Assembly (NCBI GenBank): GCA_026023565.1
Contig: JAPETS010000006.1
Coordinates: 558,001-622,000 of the forward strand
Length of the DNA: 64,000 nucleotides
Reading direction: 5' to 3'
From: Cirrosporium novae-zelandiae
Lineage: Eukaryota
The number at the start of each line of letters is the position of its first letter. Position 1 is the stretch's first letter. The position numbers and the translations under genes were made by a program. Below, in pieces: positions 38,601 to 49,589 of the stretch. The notes under the pieces were generated by a model that saw only the letters and a program-made list of their open reading frames with translations, did not search any database and was not told where the DNA came from.

Positions 38601-40540
38601 AGAATTTGTTCAAGTATTTCCAACGAAAGTGATCGGAGGATGTGTGAGGGGCTAGAAAGATTGTCGATTAGAGCATTTGCGAGCACTTGGCAATCGGGTT
38701 TATGAGCGCTGAATAAGTTCGGAAGGCCTTTAGCTAATGCCAAGATATTTTCCAGGAAGACTGGTAAATGATTATATCGAGGGGCAGCAGCACAGAGACG
38801 AGCCCACAGTGCATCATCAAGGAAGATTGAAGGGGACGTGATGCGGAGATATCGGAAGATGTTCCCTATCGCAAAAAGAGACCGGAGCTCTGAAGCGTCG
38901 GAATCAAAATCCAGCGCAGAAGAAATCCGCTTCAGTAGAGCATCATTAATACCTATAGATTCTGCATCATGTGATTCGACATACCCCAGAAGGATAAGAT
39001 AGGTATTTAATTTTACCAAATCGTCATTCCTACTATCTTGACTGTTGAATATTTCAACCATGTGGGTTTTCCAGGTATCAAATGAAGATTTGTCCAGATG
39101 TTTAGAACTTTCTTGAATTTGACTTATAGGGAGCTGAGCCAGTAGCAGGGCAAGCTTGTCCTCGTTAGTTTGCCAATGTCGGACGATGAATTTTTGAAGG
39201 TGAGGCAGTAAGATACTCTGGAACCTTTCTTGTCCTAAATCAAAAAACATTTGACAGAAGGGCAAGAAGAAAGTGGAAAAGCATTCATCAGTGACTGACT
39301 TTTCCACGACCTGGAGATGTGGGAAAATAGCGTCCATCGGGGCCATCTGCATGGTTATTGCTGTTACTGCAAGAACAGTCGGAAAATTATCAGGATACAA
39401 TACTCCTATCTCGATTTGGGTCTTTAGGAGGTTCGTTAAAGCTTGCATAACTGGGGTCCATGACTTTATCCGGGAACCTTTCTGTGCTGCTGAGATTGTA
39501 AATAACATGCGGCTACCCAGTTCAATTTCATTAGACTTTTTAGATATTGACGCAGCTTTGATATGGTTCAATATCTCCTCCACTATCGGTTCAAAGGAAT
39601 CACTGTCAGTATTGTGCACTGAACTTGTGAGTATCCCGCATACCGTCTCCTGGGCCTCTTTTTGAATAGTTTTATCTGCATGTTTGGTATTATTGATCAA
39701 TGCCAATACTACATTGCGTCCACTAGAGTGTATTCCTCTGTCCAGCCCTCTGATTGCCTCAGCAAACATGTTCATGACACTATAACAATACGATGCCGAA
39801 TCTTGGTCCTGAGAATACTTGTGTAAATCTTCGAAGCAATAAGTGATTAAAGAGTCCAACGGAACTTGATCTTTCGGATATAACTGAGCTGCCTTCCGGA
39901 CCAAGAAGGACATCGCCTCAGCTGCAAACCGGTAGATGAAAAGTTTCTGGCGTTCTCGACCCAATAGGGGAGCCATAATACCAAACAGAGGTCTAAGGTC
40001 CGGGACTAGCAAGCGCGATAAAAACTTGAAAAGCCAAGCAAGACATGAAAAGGACCATTCTATAACGTCTAAATCGGGATGTGTTGCTGCAATATCGCTG
40101 ACAAGAAGAACCGCCCGCTTAAAGTGTTTCTCAAATCTCACACCTAGATCATGCGCAAATTGGGCCAAGAGGTTCAAGAGGGGCTCAAGAGCGAGCGCGT
40201 CTTTCTTTTCCAAGTATTCCACCAGTATATCCATGATCTGGTCCTCGTGGTGAAGGATCTGAGGAAGATTGCCGCTGAGTGGGCTCACCACTCTGGCAAA
40301 AGTTGTAAAATTTTCTGATAAATTTAATTCCTTCCATTGTCCCAACGCTGATGTAAAGTAGGAAGCTGAGTTTGAGGCGCTTTCTTCGCTGGTGATGGTA
40401 TGTCTCGTTCTTCGAATTGGATCGATTTTCAGTTTGGCGACTCGCTGAGAAAAAGATTGGAACTGATGAGCTTTTTTTGAATCTGATTTATTTTGTTTGA
40501 GGGTTGGAGCCCATTTCCTCTTGATTGACGGCATCTTCAT
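32657..40540 (-). CDS. UTP20: U3 snoRNP / SSU processome HEAT-repeat protein Utp20 (2627 aa, apparently intronless)
   Basis: FQSFSQRVAKLKIDP, WKELNLSENF, RLDEPNFDRRL, FFNNILHIQLHRRLRALRRL, GYQLHVLGFTLH (DRIM domain), FLVKNLNYKYPEGRQS, and a basic C-terminus. Confidence 0.95.
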   Translation of the reverse strand: MKMPSIKRKWAPTLKQNKSDSKKAHQFQSFSQRVAKLKIDPIRRTRHTITSEESASNSASYFTSALGQWKELNLSENFTTFARVVSPLSGNLPQILHHEDQIMDILVEYLEKKDALALEPLLNLLAQFAHDLGVRFEKHFKRAVLLVSDIAATHPDLDVIEWSFSCLAWLFKFLSRLLVPDLRPLFGIMAPLLGRERQKLFIYRFAAEAMSFLVRKAAQLYPKDQVPLDSLITYCFEDLHKYSQDQDSASYCYSVMNMFAEAIRGLDRGIHSSGRNVVLALINNTKHADKTIQKEAQETVCGILTSSVHNTDSDSFEPIVEEILNHIKAASISKKSNEIELGSRMLFTISAAQKGSRIKSWTPVMQALTNLLKTQIEIGVLYPDNFPTVLAVTAITMQMAPMDAIFPHLQVVEKSVTDECFSTFFLPFCQMFFDLGQERFQSILLPHLQKFIVRHWQTNEDKLALLLAQLPISQIQESSKHLDKSSFDTWKTHMVEIFNSQDSRNDDLVKLNTYLILLGYVESHDAESIGINDALLKRISSALDFDSDASELRSLFAIGNIFRYLRITSPSIFLDDALWARLCAAAPRYNHLPVFLENILALAKGLPNLFSAHKPDCQVLANALIDNLSSPSHILRSLSLEILEQILEKEFGNVPEIVATTLAIEQSPINIQTARTISMRIRRLGTLYGDCSSNQLLARLVPKYCFGLLSLKLAQAWDEAIEALKMISQTKVGEAIVSEVAFAWLEGQIHFKPCHDPPTSDGKRYSSTPFEDNDVLCYQDIIQQSFENMVNARRKLEEKFVTAHQLLPLVPDTSRSQALRVFHGLPQLAEKRSRQFVPFFLSWALHGNDISFQDVEYESESSGTIQGEVQQHRWRLVDRKSMLNVFSQFINPNVLYRSVEVREALLSLLTNGDVEIQRCALRALFTWKVQAINRYEENLMHILDDAMFRDELSIIFVSDTEKSTLRTDDRPEILPILIRLLFGRVVSRSGIHARGQGQEAKRKAVLETLFLFDDSTLSMFIDIALGPLQNLEFPADPEEIGKWIMDEKINTRRQFGLVSMIYSMVEALGSRFDKFSYKIIAPVLYCFIKSASKSRDSRQRVITNEESSSEENILKNIRQISVKCLNLLSRQCPSLNWPQYLPHIFNEVINPRLDNFPIETAQGVSGMLQLYATWSLSYNTAFFLVDYNPSLFAKITESLEVPSAKTEVKLFIVDNIILPVIHLAQESTQLSNSNVVKETWKRVRADIIEPHLQVLLRRIRFVLQEHPSKDVLASTIEAASQLSPFVSSTSEAEVFIEISVNLLNEPASKVSPKTKGGLIKLLQHLVLLYDFSCNENLGTRTISTVSALFSYFRDRGSRETLCLVLSNLAKQYPYLAKVSVMCADLNSFDSGRLDEPNFDRRLKAFNELNEVQFRKLSGKQWLPILHTLLYFVRDNDELAIRSNSSFGLRQFIEAAAASPSDDTQDYNNAIKTILLPSLRNGMSESSEFVRMEYVSILGHLVEFDKSWDEVNDMSGLLMDGDEEASFFNNILHIQLHRRLRALRRLSTEIQQGHIKSGNISRLLLPLIEHYIFNRGEDEGAHNLAGETISTIKCLAQWLQWPQFRATVKRYMNQFESNPTMVKINIRLLGSVFDALSIATTITKDENKVVQPQDVEMQGASDSPDIQTLLSLSSPRPEKLAEELIAKIIPRLTNYIHLKDESEVSLRVPLAISTVKLIILLPQPQITQYLPPILTDICQILRSRAQEARDAARKSLADIALIIGPSYLGFLIKELRASLERGYQLHVLGFTLHAILVRICNTTNVGEFDQDLADVVTIILDDIFGATGQEKDAEDYISKMKEVKSHKSFDSVELLAKSVSIQNLIHLVRPIKNLLQEKVNDKILKKIDELLRRIGVGIFQNLVVQNRDILIFCYELVRESQQGESRIEPTRSKKDAWRERFEVNFNSTKENRGRASTTAYTYKLIRFSLDVLRSILNKHKPLMTPSNLKGFLPMIGDALVHPQEEVKNSALRLLATIIRIPLPELDRNANVYIAEAVGLIKASPSITSEICQAALKLVSAILRERKSFTIREPDVAYLLKRLKTDLDEPDRQGAVFNFVKAVLGRKIIITEVYEVLEQIAAMMVTNQTRSTRDLTRGIYVQFLMNYPQGQDRLSKQLAFLVKNLNYKYPEGRQSIMEAIHQLLRELGDKEISQDIIGTLFVPLIMNLVNDESNVCREMAGAIIKEAFEKADGERTQTFLGLLRTWFEQDENPPLLRASLQVYRLYFEAVGSKGEKEWNKVLSRTTFLICRDNDVSEDFGWEEIYFAMDLIATACRLLPSLIFSSQHQELWMCIRDRLSFPHAWVKLTAARLIGLVFADFARANSELGLQDIPLLGIAGLVLDETTMVDVLSASVRNLKVSGISQELATQTVRNLVFLGRCFGVNGLEWKPSDVASKFADTEEMEAEQGDDDQQNLVQLDQQRSALQHLFERVSAILRRETLTTRAPSLIPKTACLQVIAALCNHLPAASLSPSLSTILLPLHNLTDPSIPAPHSSDDSLNNAYKTLVSNSQEALSLIQKKVGTTEFVNAYARVKADVKARREGRRTKRRIEAVADPEKAGLEKKKKGERKKERRKEKSADHRSKRRGW

Positions 40541-40949
40541 CAGCTCCAGAAGAGATTGTTAGAGAGCTGTTGTGGTGCAGACCTTGAGAGTGGGAAAAGT
40601 TCGCTATCGTAACTTGGAAAAAGTTATCGGCCGAGATAATTAGCCCGCTAAGAAATACCTAGAAAGTTTATTTTAGTTAACTGAGCTCCCATACCTTGAA
40701 TGACGGGTTTTTGAAAGTCATTTGAATATATCTATATCACAATTTTAAATATCAGTCCCTTCATTGGAAGCTGAAGTACCCCAGGATAGATAGATTTTTG
40801 AGGATTGCCTGAGTTCATAATTGAAATTATATCGGAATATTCCTTTGAAGTAATTACATCGGACTTAATTAAAGCTTACTACCAAACTTGACATCCAATC
40901 TTTTATTACTTTCGAAGTGCTAGAGGCAATACTTGACAACCAATATATA

Positions 40950-42802
40950 ATGGCATCAAAAATGTAAGCTCGCTCTAGTGATTGTTCCTTTATTGCCACG
41001 TCTGTCTACTTACTTTCCGATTTACGCTCCTTACCATTCGCTCTCTTTGAAACATGGTCTCTCTGGCATGGTGTTTTTGTTTCTCTTGAAGCAAACGTGA
41101 AACGAGACGCTGACAACATACTAGCATCGTCATCGGCAGTTTAAACGGTCACTTCAAAGAGGCTTTTCTGAAACTTGCTAGACTACAAGCTAAAAATGCT
41201 TTCTCTGTTGCCATTGCTACTGGGAACTTCTTCGGCGATCATGATGAAGAATCCCTCGATCAAGACCTTAAAGCTTTGCTTGCTGGTGAGATGAGTATTC
41301 CTTTGCCTATGTACTTCACGATGGGTGACCGTCAGTTGCCCAAGGCCGTAATTGAAAGGCTAGAAACGAACTCAGAAGAGCTGTGTGAAAATCTATTCTT
41401 TCTTCCCCGGACTCTCAAAACATCCGAAGGTCTTAGGATAGTAGCTTTGGGTGGGCAACTCAATGATTCTAGCGAGAAGGACGAAGGCCAGACAAGGAAC
41501 AAGTACGGGTCTTTCTACAAGGAGAATGATGTCAAATCTCTGCGTGGAGTGAACACTGCGGATCTTCTCATAACGTATCAATGGCCAGCCTCAATTCGTA
41601 GCGGCTCTAAAGTCGATATTCCTTCGCCAGCTAAAGCCCCGGAGGATATTCAGGGTATCGCTGATCTTTGTGCGGCCATCAAACCTCGGTATCATTTTGC
41701 CGCATCAGATGATATATTTTTCGAACGAGAGCCGTTCTTCCTTCCCGACACGGATAACCTAGATGTCAAGCACATTACCCGATTTATTAGCATGGCGGCC
41801 TACGGCAACACTCAGAAGCAAAAATGGATATATGCCTTCTCACTGGACCCAAAAGCACCTCCCCCCACGGAATTACCTACCGGCACGACAGCTTCACCAT
41901 TCTTAGGATCTCAAAAAAAGCGACAACGACTTCCTGATCAAGAACAGTCCTTCTCTCGCTTTAGTAGCTCTAGTGATCATCACCAAGGAGATAATTACCG
42001 CTCAAACAAGCGTTCTCGACAACGGGCGCCACCAACTCCTGCTGAATGCTTCTTCTGCCTTTCAAATCCCAATCTAGCAACACACCTAATCACTTCGATT
42101 GGAAATGACGCCTATCTGACAATATCCAAAGGACCTTTAAGCACTTCCGAAACATTTCCTAACCTTGGTTTCCCTTCGCATATACTCATAATTCCCCTCA
42201 CACATTCCCCGACCATCGCATCCATTTCGGAAGTTACTGTGAGGGAATCTACTTTCAAAGAAATGACACAATATCGAGAGGCACTTCAGTCAATGGTGCA
42301 AGAGAAATCAAGCGGGAAGCTTGGTGCAGTGACATTTGAAATCAACAGAAGCAGAGGTGTACATATACTTTGGCAGTTCTTACCAATTCCCGTAGACCTT
42401 GTGAAGAGGGGACTTGTTGAAGCAGCGTTCAAAGTCGAAGGTGAAAATGAGAAATATCCAAAATTTGAGAAGCGTGATATTGGTGATGGGAGCAATGAGA
42501 ATGGGGACTACTTCCGTGTATGGATTTGGGGACCTCCAGTTGAAACGGCAGAGGAATCCGGGACAATGGAGGTCGAGGGACCTGCCAAAGAAAATTCTGG
42601 CGTCGAGACCTCTCTGATCATGCCATTCTCATCGGCCCTCCGGTTCGATTTGCAATTCGGGAGGAGGGTTCTTGCTAAGCTGTTGGGCTTGGAGAAGCGC
42701 ATATTCTGGCAGGACTGCGGACAAGCGCAAGCCGAGGAAGAGGCAGACGCAGAGGCGTTCAAGAAGGCGTTCAAAGATTTTGACTTCTCACTTTCAGAGT
42801 AG
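40950..42802 (+). CDS. DRN1: CWF19-like protein 1 / Drn1 (pseudo-metallophosphatase plus CwfJ domain); exons 40950-40963, 41125-42802
   Basis: MASKI-IVIGSLNG, ADLLITYQWP, KPRYHF...FFEREPF, ECFFCLSNP, HILIIPLTHSP, RFDLQFGRRVLAKLLGL, FKDFDFS. Confidence 0.9.
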
Positions 42803-44990
42803 GTACTAATCTTTCTGTAATCAAAGGGGTTGGGGGATTTTTTTAAGCTCAGGTGAATATTTCTACGATTTCAGCATCACATTCTACCTAGTGGTGGGAC
42901 ATTGGCGTTTCTCTATTGTTGAGATACCCGTAGCAAAAGGGGAAATCGATTTATCATTTTTGAAAGGCTAGACTTATAGATCAGTTTTGGAATCGCGATA
43001 TAATCGTTCTACATAATGCAAAAGACCTCGGATGAGACTGGGTTGTCTTAATTGTCCCGAACTGAATCATCCACGGCGGCCTCCATTGGGCTGAGGAATT
43101 ATCATCGGAGACCGAAAGCCAGGCACATCTGCATCTATAACCTCATAACCATATGATTATTTTCGCGGACGCCAGGCTACATGCACGTTATATCATGTGA
43201 CATTATGTGACCTAGGTCACCTCCTACGTCTTACTGTAAAGGGTTTAGGTTTATACCAGGGTACTTTTTCTTCTGCAGTAAGTACCTAGGGACCTACCTA
43301 GATAGTAATGGCTTTAGTAGCTGAGACACGGGCTTTCCGGGTCAATCAGAAATGATCTCAGAAAGCCTCCAGGATAAGCAAAGGGACGTACCATTTGTTA
43401 CAGAGGTGGGGTGAGAAAGCAATATTGTTTGCCTAGATGTAGTTGTGCACACACAAAAGAGAGTCCGCGACATTTATGTTAATATAGTTAGGAGGGGGGA
43501 ACAAAATCAAAAGGAATAAAAAAAATCAGTAAATATTAGACAAAAGTTGATGATAGAGAGATAGAGAGCATATAGTCTATATATAGGTAGATAATTTAGT
43601 AATAATTCAATATGGCTAGAGAAGCCTATATGGTCTTATGTCAGAGCCTTGAAGAAATTCTTCTAGAAGTAACCGAGCAATCCTCGCGCTCATCAAACGA
43701 ATCTTGCAGCGGCAACCTGCATATCTTGTTATCCCCCATCCTTGCGCCTAGATTGCCCCAGATAGACTCCAAATGCCCGAGATTCTCGTTCACTCTCAAA
43801 CAACTTCTCTCTCACACACGTTTCGGATAGCCACAGCCACGATTATTCATATTTATATACTTATATCTTTATACAATTATTTTCTTTCTTTACAATAATA
43901 GCTATCGATAACATGATAGTGGTGGTGATAGCCTGATCATAATTAATTAGCTAGGTATTTGTTTACTCGAGTAATCCCCATCCGGATGTCTGTCCGTGCA
44001 GGGTAGATAACCCCTTTCAGATTAGTTTGACTTTGAAGTCTTCCATTTGATCTCCCACTCGAACCCCTATTTGACCATTTGACCATTTCACCTGTAAAAA
44101 TGATAACCGAACACTGATAGTGCGGCAATTTCTGAGGGGCTTTCGCTGTTTGAGGCATTGAGATTGCCCCTTTGGTTGTTATGGTCTTATCTGAGAAGCG
44201 ATGGATTAGGAAGCTCTTAGTGAGATTTCAAGGAGGTAAATAATGACATGCTGGGTGCTGTGTAGTGGACTGTGTGTGTGTGTGTGGAAGAAAATGCTTT
44301 TCAAGTCTTGATTGCTATCCGGATGGTACATGCATGAAACCCCACACCCGCTGTGCAGTTGAAGTTTAGGTGGTTAACTTACTTTTAATATATTAGCTAA
44401 CGAATGGACAATTTAAAAGAAGATTGGAATTATGTCTCCGGGGCCCGGGAGGGGTTTCTAATCAAAATGCGAGTAAGGGGAACTTAGCACCTTGGCGCGA
44501 CGAGTGATGGCCGTTGTGAAGCTCCGATACTCGACAAAGTATATATCTTCTTTATATTTATCTATTATTTCTTTTTGTTTGTTTGTTGTGATTTTACTTA
44601 ATTGGGCAGGTCTGACATGATTTGCCACAGCGTATGGAGGATTTGCGTGGCAATATATTTTGAATGGCTGTGATTGAAGCAAAAGATGAGGTGGACTTGC
44701 ATTGACTTAGACAGCAAAACTTGTTTATGCTTGCAGCCCAACGAGAAGTCCGTTGGCAGAACTGCTGGCCCGAGGACATCAGCCAAGGATGGGATGACAA
44801 AGGTAGATTTTCATGTAACAATTAATAAAGAAGCACGTTTGTGGGCATTACAATTTTTCGACCAAGGGGAACAACTGGGAGGGGCTTTTTTGGTACTTTT
44901 TGTTTTTTTGGTTGAGTTAATCGGCTTAGTCTGTTTGGAGTACTTGGGGGTCCGTCCTTGGGTTGTGGAGGTCACTAGGGAATCCTTGTC

Positions 44991-45016
44991 GTAAACATAA
45001 TAACGCGTCGCTCGCG
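44991..45016. promoter_or_regulatory. Adjacent forkhead-like (GTAAACA) and MCB (ACGCGT) motifs upstream of wee1
   Basis: gtaaacataataacgcgtcgctcgcg; GTAAACA at 44991-44997 and ACGCGT at 45003-45008. Function is inferred only. Confidence 0.4.
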
Positions 45017-46043
45017 CACCATCGGCCCTGTTTGCTTACCTTCCCAACTTTCCCTTTTCCTTTCTTTCCTAAAAAACCCCCCAAAACCACACAATACACT
45101 TATCATTCCTCCACACCAAGTGTTGCTTCCCCCCAAATCTCCCACCCACACCACCCCCCCCCCTCCTCCTCCATCATCCATTAACAAAAAAATAATAAAA
45201 TAAAATAAAAAAATACTGCTTCATCCATTCGCGCCTTGTTGTCACTTGATACATTTAGTCTCATAGTTTCATCACGATACGTGTGGTACACCGCTCCCTT
45301 GCAGGAAATCCGAATCCGAATCCCCAATCATCATCCCAACATTGCCAACATTGCCAACATTGCCAGTATCAACCAAACATACATCGTCCAAATACATTGG
45401 AAAGCAACCATAGGTCGATACTGGGAGGACCGAGGGAAGTATAGCTGGGACACATTGTTTACCAACAATGATAGTTTTATGGTAGCCGCTGCATCATCGC
45501 TACACCATCCATCGCCTTCCATAGGTCACCAACTCTTCCCTTTGACTCTTTTTCCACACCAAAGAGAAAACAATTGTCGCAGCATTCCATTAATTTGTTG
45601 GCAACATTCCAATCACCCATAACCTCCTGCGACGACGTGAACAACTTTAGCCAACATAGCTTCCGTTCCCAAAATTTAAGTCTAATAACACCACACACAC
45701 ATACGTACACGAGTGATCGATGTCTATCGCTGGATGATAACAGAACCGGAGTTTGTCAACATAGGAAGGAACGAAACGGGTTTGCTGATATAACGGATCT
45801 GGACCCTTTTTCGCATTTCTGGGCCTTAGACTTAATTCCATCTCTTTTTTATCGCGGTATCGCGGTATCGCGTGGTTGCCTAACCACGTTTTATGGGCGC
45901 GTCACCTCAATACCTCAAAACAAAAAAAACCACTCAACCGCCTTCCTCGCTCACTCATTCACCGAATCAATTAACGTATTGAACGCCAAGGCCTTGTCAT
46001 TCCTTACCTTCATAAGCAATCTTGCTGTCCAGAAAACGCCAAA

Positions 46044-49000
46044 ATGGGTACCGCATTTTCTCCCCACCATGATTCTCCCATAACCCTCCATTTTCCATCA
46101 CCTCAAAACATCCACTCTGTCGATGCCACTGCTGCTTTACGTCGACTTCTTTCGCGTTCACCATCGCCTGCCAAATCTCCATTTCGATCTCCATCCAAGG
46201 GTCATGCTTTCCGGTTGGTAACCTCAGGTTCATCGTCTACCTCGACGTCGCCATCTCCGAAATCGCCCTTGTCGCACGTACTACACTCACCTGGCAAAGG
46301 AGGTTCGAATATCTTCGCCTCCATTTCCCCACATTCACCAATATCGAAATCTTACTCATCAGGTGCAAAGGCTGGCCGACCAACATTGCGCCGAACTCAG
46401 GCTATGCGACCAAATCGTTCAAGAACATCACCAAAAAGCCCGACAAAGCGCCCGCTCACTGATTTGTCCGACCGTGGCAATGCGACACCAAAATCCCCAA
46501 TTCCACTCTCCAAAGGCGACGAAAATAGAATCGCCAGAAGCGGAAGTCCCATCGCAAGGAGGTCGTTTGAAAGAGAACTAAAAGCTTTTAGTGCATCGGA
46601 TGGAGAGCACCACCACCGAACCTTGACCAAGAGGTCAAGTACCAACTTATCTGGATTCTCCATGACCCAAAGCCCTTTGAGGCGAAGTGACGGGATCATG
46701 AATCTCGACCAATGCGCACTGGAGAGCCCAAATCCAAAAAGAAGGAGTGTTCATGGCGCAACTTTCGGATCCAACTTCAATGTCTTTGATTCTGAAGCTA
46801 TGCGATCATCTCCAGAGAGTTCTCAAGAATACGACGGACAGGATGTGGAGATGTCTCCCGCACCACCAAATCTAACAACCACGGCACCTCCTCTATTTGC
46901 TCCAATTCCAAGTCGGTCGTCGTCTTTACGGAAATCTACCTTACAACAGAGATATCATGAGAAGCCCAATTTTCGGGCCAAGTTCATGGAATCAGATTTC
47001 GGCACCCCCCCTCAGAGCAGCAAGAGTCGACCACGTATATTTGATACCCCAGCTTCACGCGAAAGTCCATTTACGACACCCACCACTCAGAACTTATTTC
47101 TACCTCCATTAACTCGAAGCAAGCCGTTCAATGAACAGAGCTCTGCTCATCCTCATCCCCTCTCCCGTACCATTACACAGACTTCCTCGAGTTCAAGTAT
47201 AGTGGATGATTCCCCAACTCATGAGCCCGTCCACAAACCGGTTCGACCGCAAGGAAAATTCAACTTCTCGAAATCATTGCCTCTAGGTGCTACAAGACCA
47301 TTTTTCAGAGACGTGCAAGCATCGAACTCTCCAGACTCCTCATTCGAAACTCCAGCAAACTACAAGCTGGTGAAACCACTTCCGGCCGCTTTCATGTCAA
47401 CTGGATTAATTTCAAAGAAGAATAGAAATGTCGAAGAACTAGTGGGTGCTGCAGACTCAACCGGAAATATGCCGGATACCCCGTGCAAACGACCAGTTCA
47501 TGCATTTCCTCTTCCGCCTCAGCCGATCCCTGGTAGCACCTTTCGGAAAAGCTACAACCTACGTCATGCTTTTGGTACACCTTCTACGCCATTTAATGGG
47601 CACATGTCCACCGCTACACCAGCTGCTTTTGGTAGAGGTGTTAGTATATTTGGTGGCAGTATTTCAAATGGGAACGCAAACAGGCGTAGCAGCTTTCTTA
47701 GTATCAGTGGGGACGAGAGATCTGACACGCCTTCACTTGGAGATAGACAGAGTAGTGCTGATTATGACCTCCCACCTACACCGACCAAACTGCCTTTTAG
47801 CCAAGAACCTCGCTCCCAACCAATTCACCATTATCAAGATGCCCTCGTTCAAGCAGATCTCTCGAATACGACGCAAGGGCATAGCTTCTCTACAGCACCA
47901 AGTCGTAAGTACTTAACTTTTTCAATCGGAACGCCTTCTGGAAGCGTGGACGAGGACAGTGACGGCGTGATGGAAGACTCTCCATCTGCCACCCTGAGAC
48001 TCAAGTCTTCGCAATCCAAACATTCTACTTCATTTGCACAGTCTCGCCTGTTAAAGACGGCCAAATCCCCTCCCTCAGATTCCGCAAAGTTTCTTACCAC
48101 CCCACTTCTGAGAATCCAAACAAGAAATCATACTAAACGACTATCACTGTCTCCAGCAAGCCCGCTTTATGAGAGATTTCATCGCCGCTCGCCCCATACA
48201 CCTCAAGATAACATGGCGCCTCCTGATCCCAGCGGACTTTCAATATCAGGACACGACAATGATTTCCTGTCAAGACCTGCTACTCGAGGGAAAAGCAGCA
48301 CCGCCTCGTTTCCCCCAGCTACCCCCACGGGCCCTCGAGACTACTTCTCCCAAATAGGAAAACGATCGCTTGCAGCTTCTCTCAACGGACTTGACACTCC
48401 TGATGTAGATGCCAGCATGACTTCAAGGTTTGACAAAGTGGAAATTATCGGAACTGGTGAATTCTCTCAAGTTTATCGAGTATCCAAAAAACCTGCGCCA
48501 TCTTCTGGAAGCTCCCCCCAGGCACCGCTTTCAGATCGAGTATGGGCAGTAAAGAAGTCGAAAAATCCTTACACTGGCAATCGAGATCGCCAACACAAGC
48601 TTCGGGAAGTCCAGGTTTTGAAGGTACTAGGTCAATCCGACCACACCGTTCATCTAATCGATAGCTGGGAAGACAAAGGTCATCTCTATATTCAAACTGA
48701 GTATTGTGAAGAAGGGAGTTTGGATATGTTTCTCACTCAGGTTGGGCTGAAGGCTAGGCTGGATGATTTCCGGATCTGGAAAATCCTGCTCGAGCTTAGT
48801 CTGGTAGGTCATTGACTTCCGAATAATTTTGAACTGGAACTAATACATTCATCCTAGGGATTAAAACATATTCATGATTCCGGCTTCATTCACTTGGATC
48901 TTAAGCCTGCAAATGTACTTGTCACCTTTGAAGGGGTCCTCAAGATTGGAGACTTCGGAATGGCAACAACCTGGCCAGCTCCTCCTGGAATTGAGGGCGA

Positions 49001-49589
49001 AGGCGACCGTGAATATATTGGCCCCGAAATATTGAGGGGAGAATTCGATAAGCCAGCCGATGTTTTTGCTCTCGGTCTTATCATGCTAGAGATTGCCGGG
49101 AACGTAGAACTACCGGACAATGGTGCTTCTTGGCAGAAACTTCGATCTGGTGATATGAGTGACGTCCCAAGCTTGACCTGGAGTTCGGAAGTCAGCAATA
49201 TTCCAAGGGATCCCTCTGGAAACCCACTCACATCCGAAGCCAATGAAGATGCGTTCTCCTTTGATTTTGGGGATGACGAATTTGCCTCCCCAAAAATTGT
49301 CCGCCAACGTAGTCAGAAGATGACCCCAGTCAAATATAATCGCCCAACTGAACTTGTTCAGCCCCCAAGCTTTATGACAAATCCAGATGATACGAGAGCT
49401 CTGGACCATGTTGTTCGATGGATGATTGCCCCTGAACCAAGTGACAGGCCTGTCATCAGCCAAGTTCTGCAGACTGATGGTGTCGTCTGGGCCGAGACGC
49501 GACGCCGTGCTGGTGCAACTATCTTTGAAGGAAACTGGGGTCCGGCAGATGAAGCCCTTCAGGACGACGCTGAGATGATTGACGTTTAA
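46044..49589 (+). CDS. wee1: Wee1/Swe1 (AnkA-like) Cdk1 inhibitory kinase; intron 48804-48857, plus candidate in-frame optional intron 47905-48156
   Basis: IGTGEFSQVYRV, WAVKKSK, HLYIQTEYCEEGSL, RLDDFRIWKILLEL, HLDLKPANV, KIGDFGMA and EGEGDREYIGPE. Fungal N-terminal ETPANYKLVKPLPAAFMSTGLISKKNR and MPDTPCKR. Confidence 0.95.

Noticed and set aside
43207..43220. Perfect 14-bp palindrome GTGACCTAGGTCAC
   Set aside because: A palindrome of this length is expected by chance in 64 kb and has no supporting context
45574..46083. 169-aa ORF overlapping the wee1 start
   Set aside because: TTG start, different frame and no motifs; probably leader sequence
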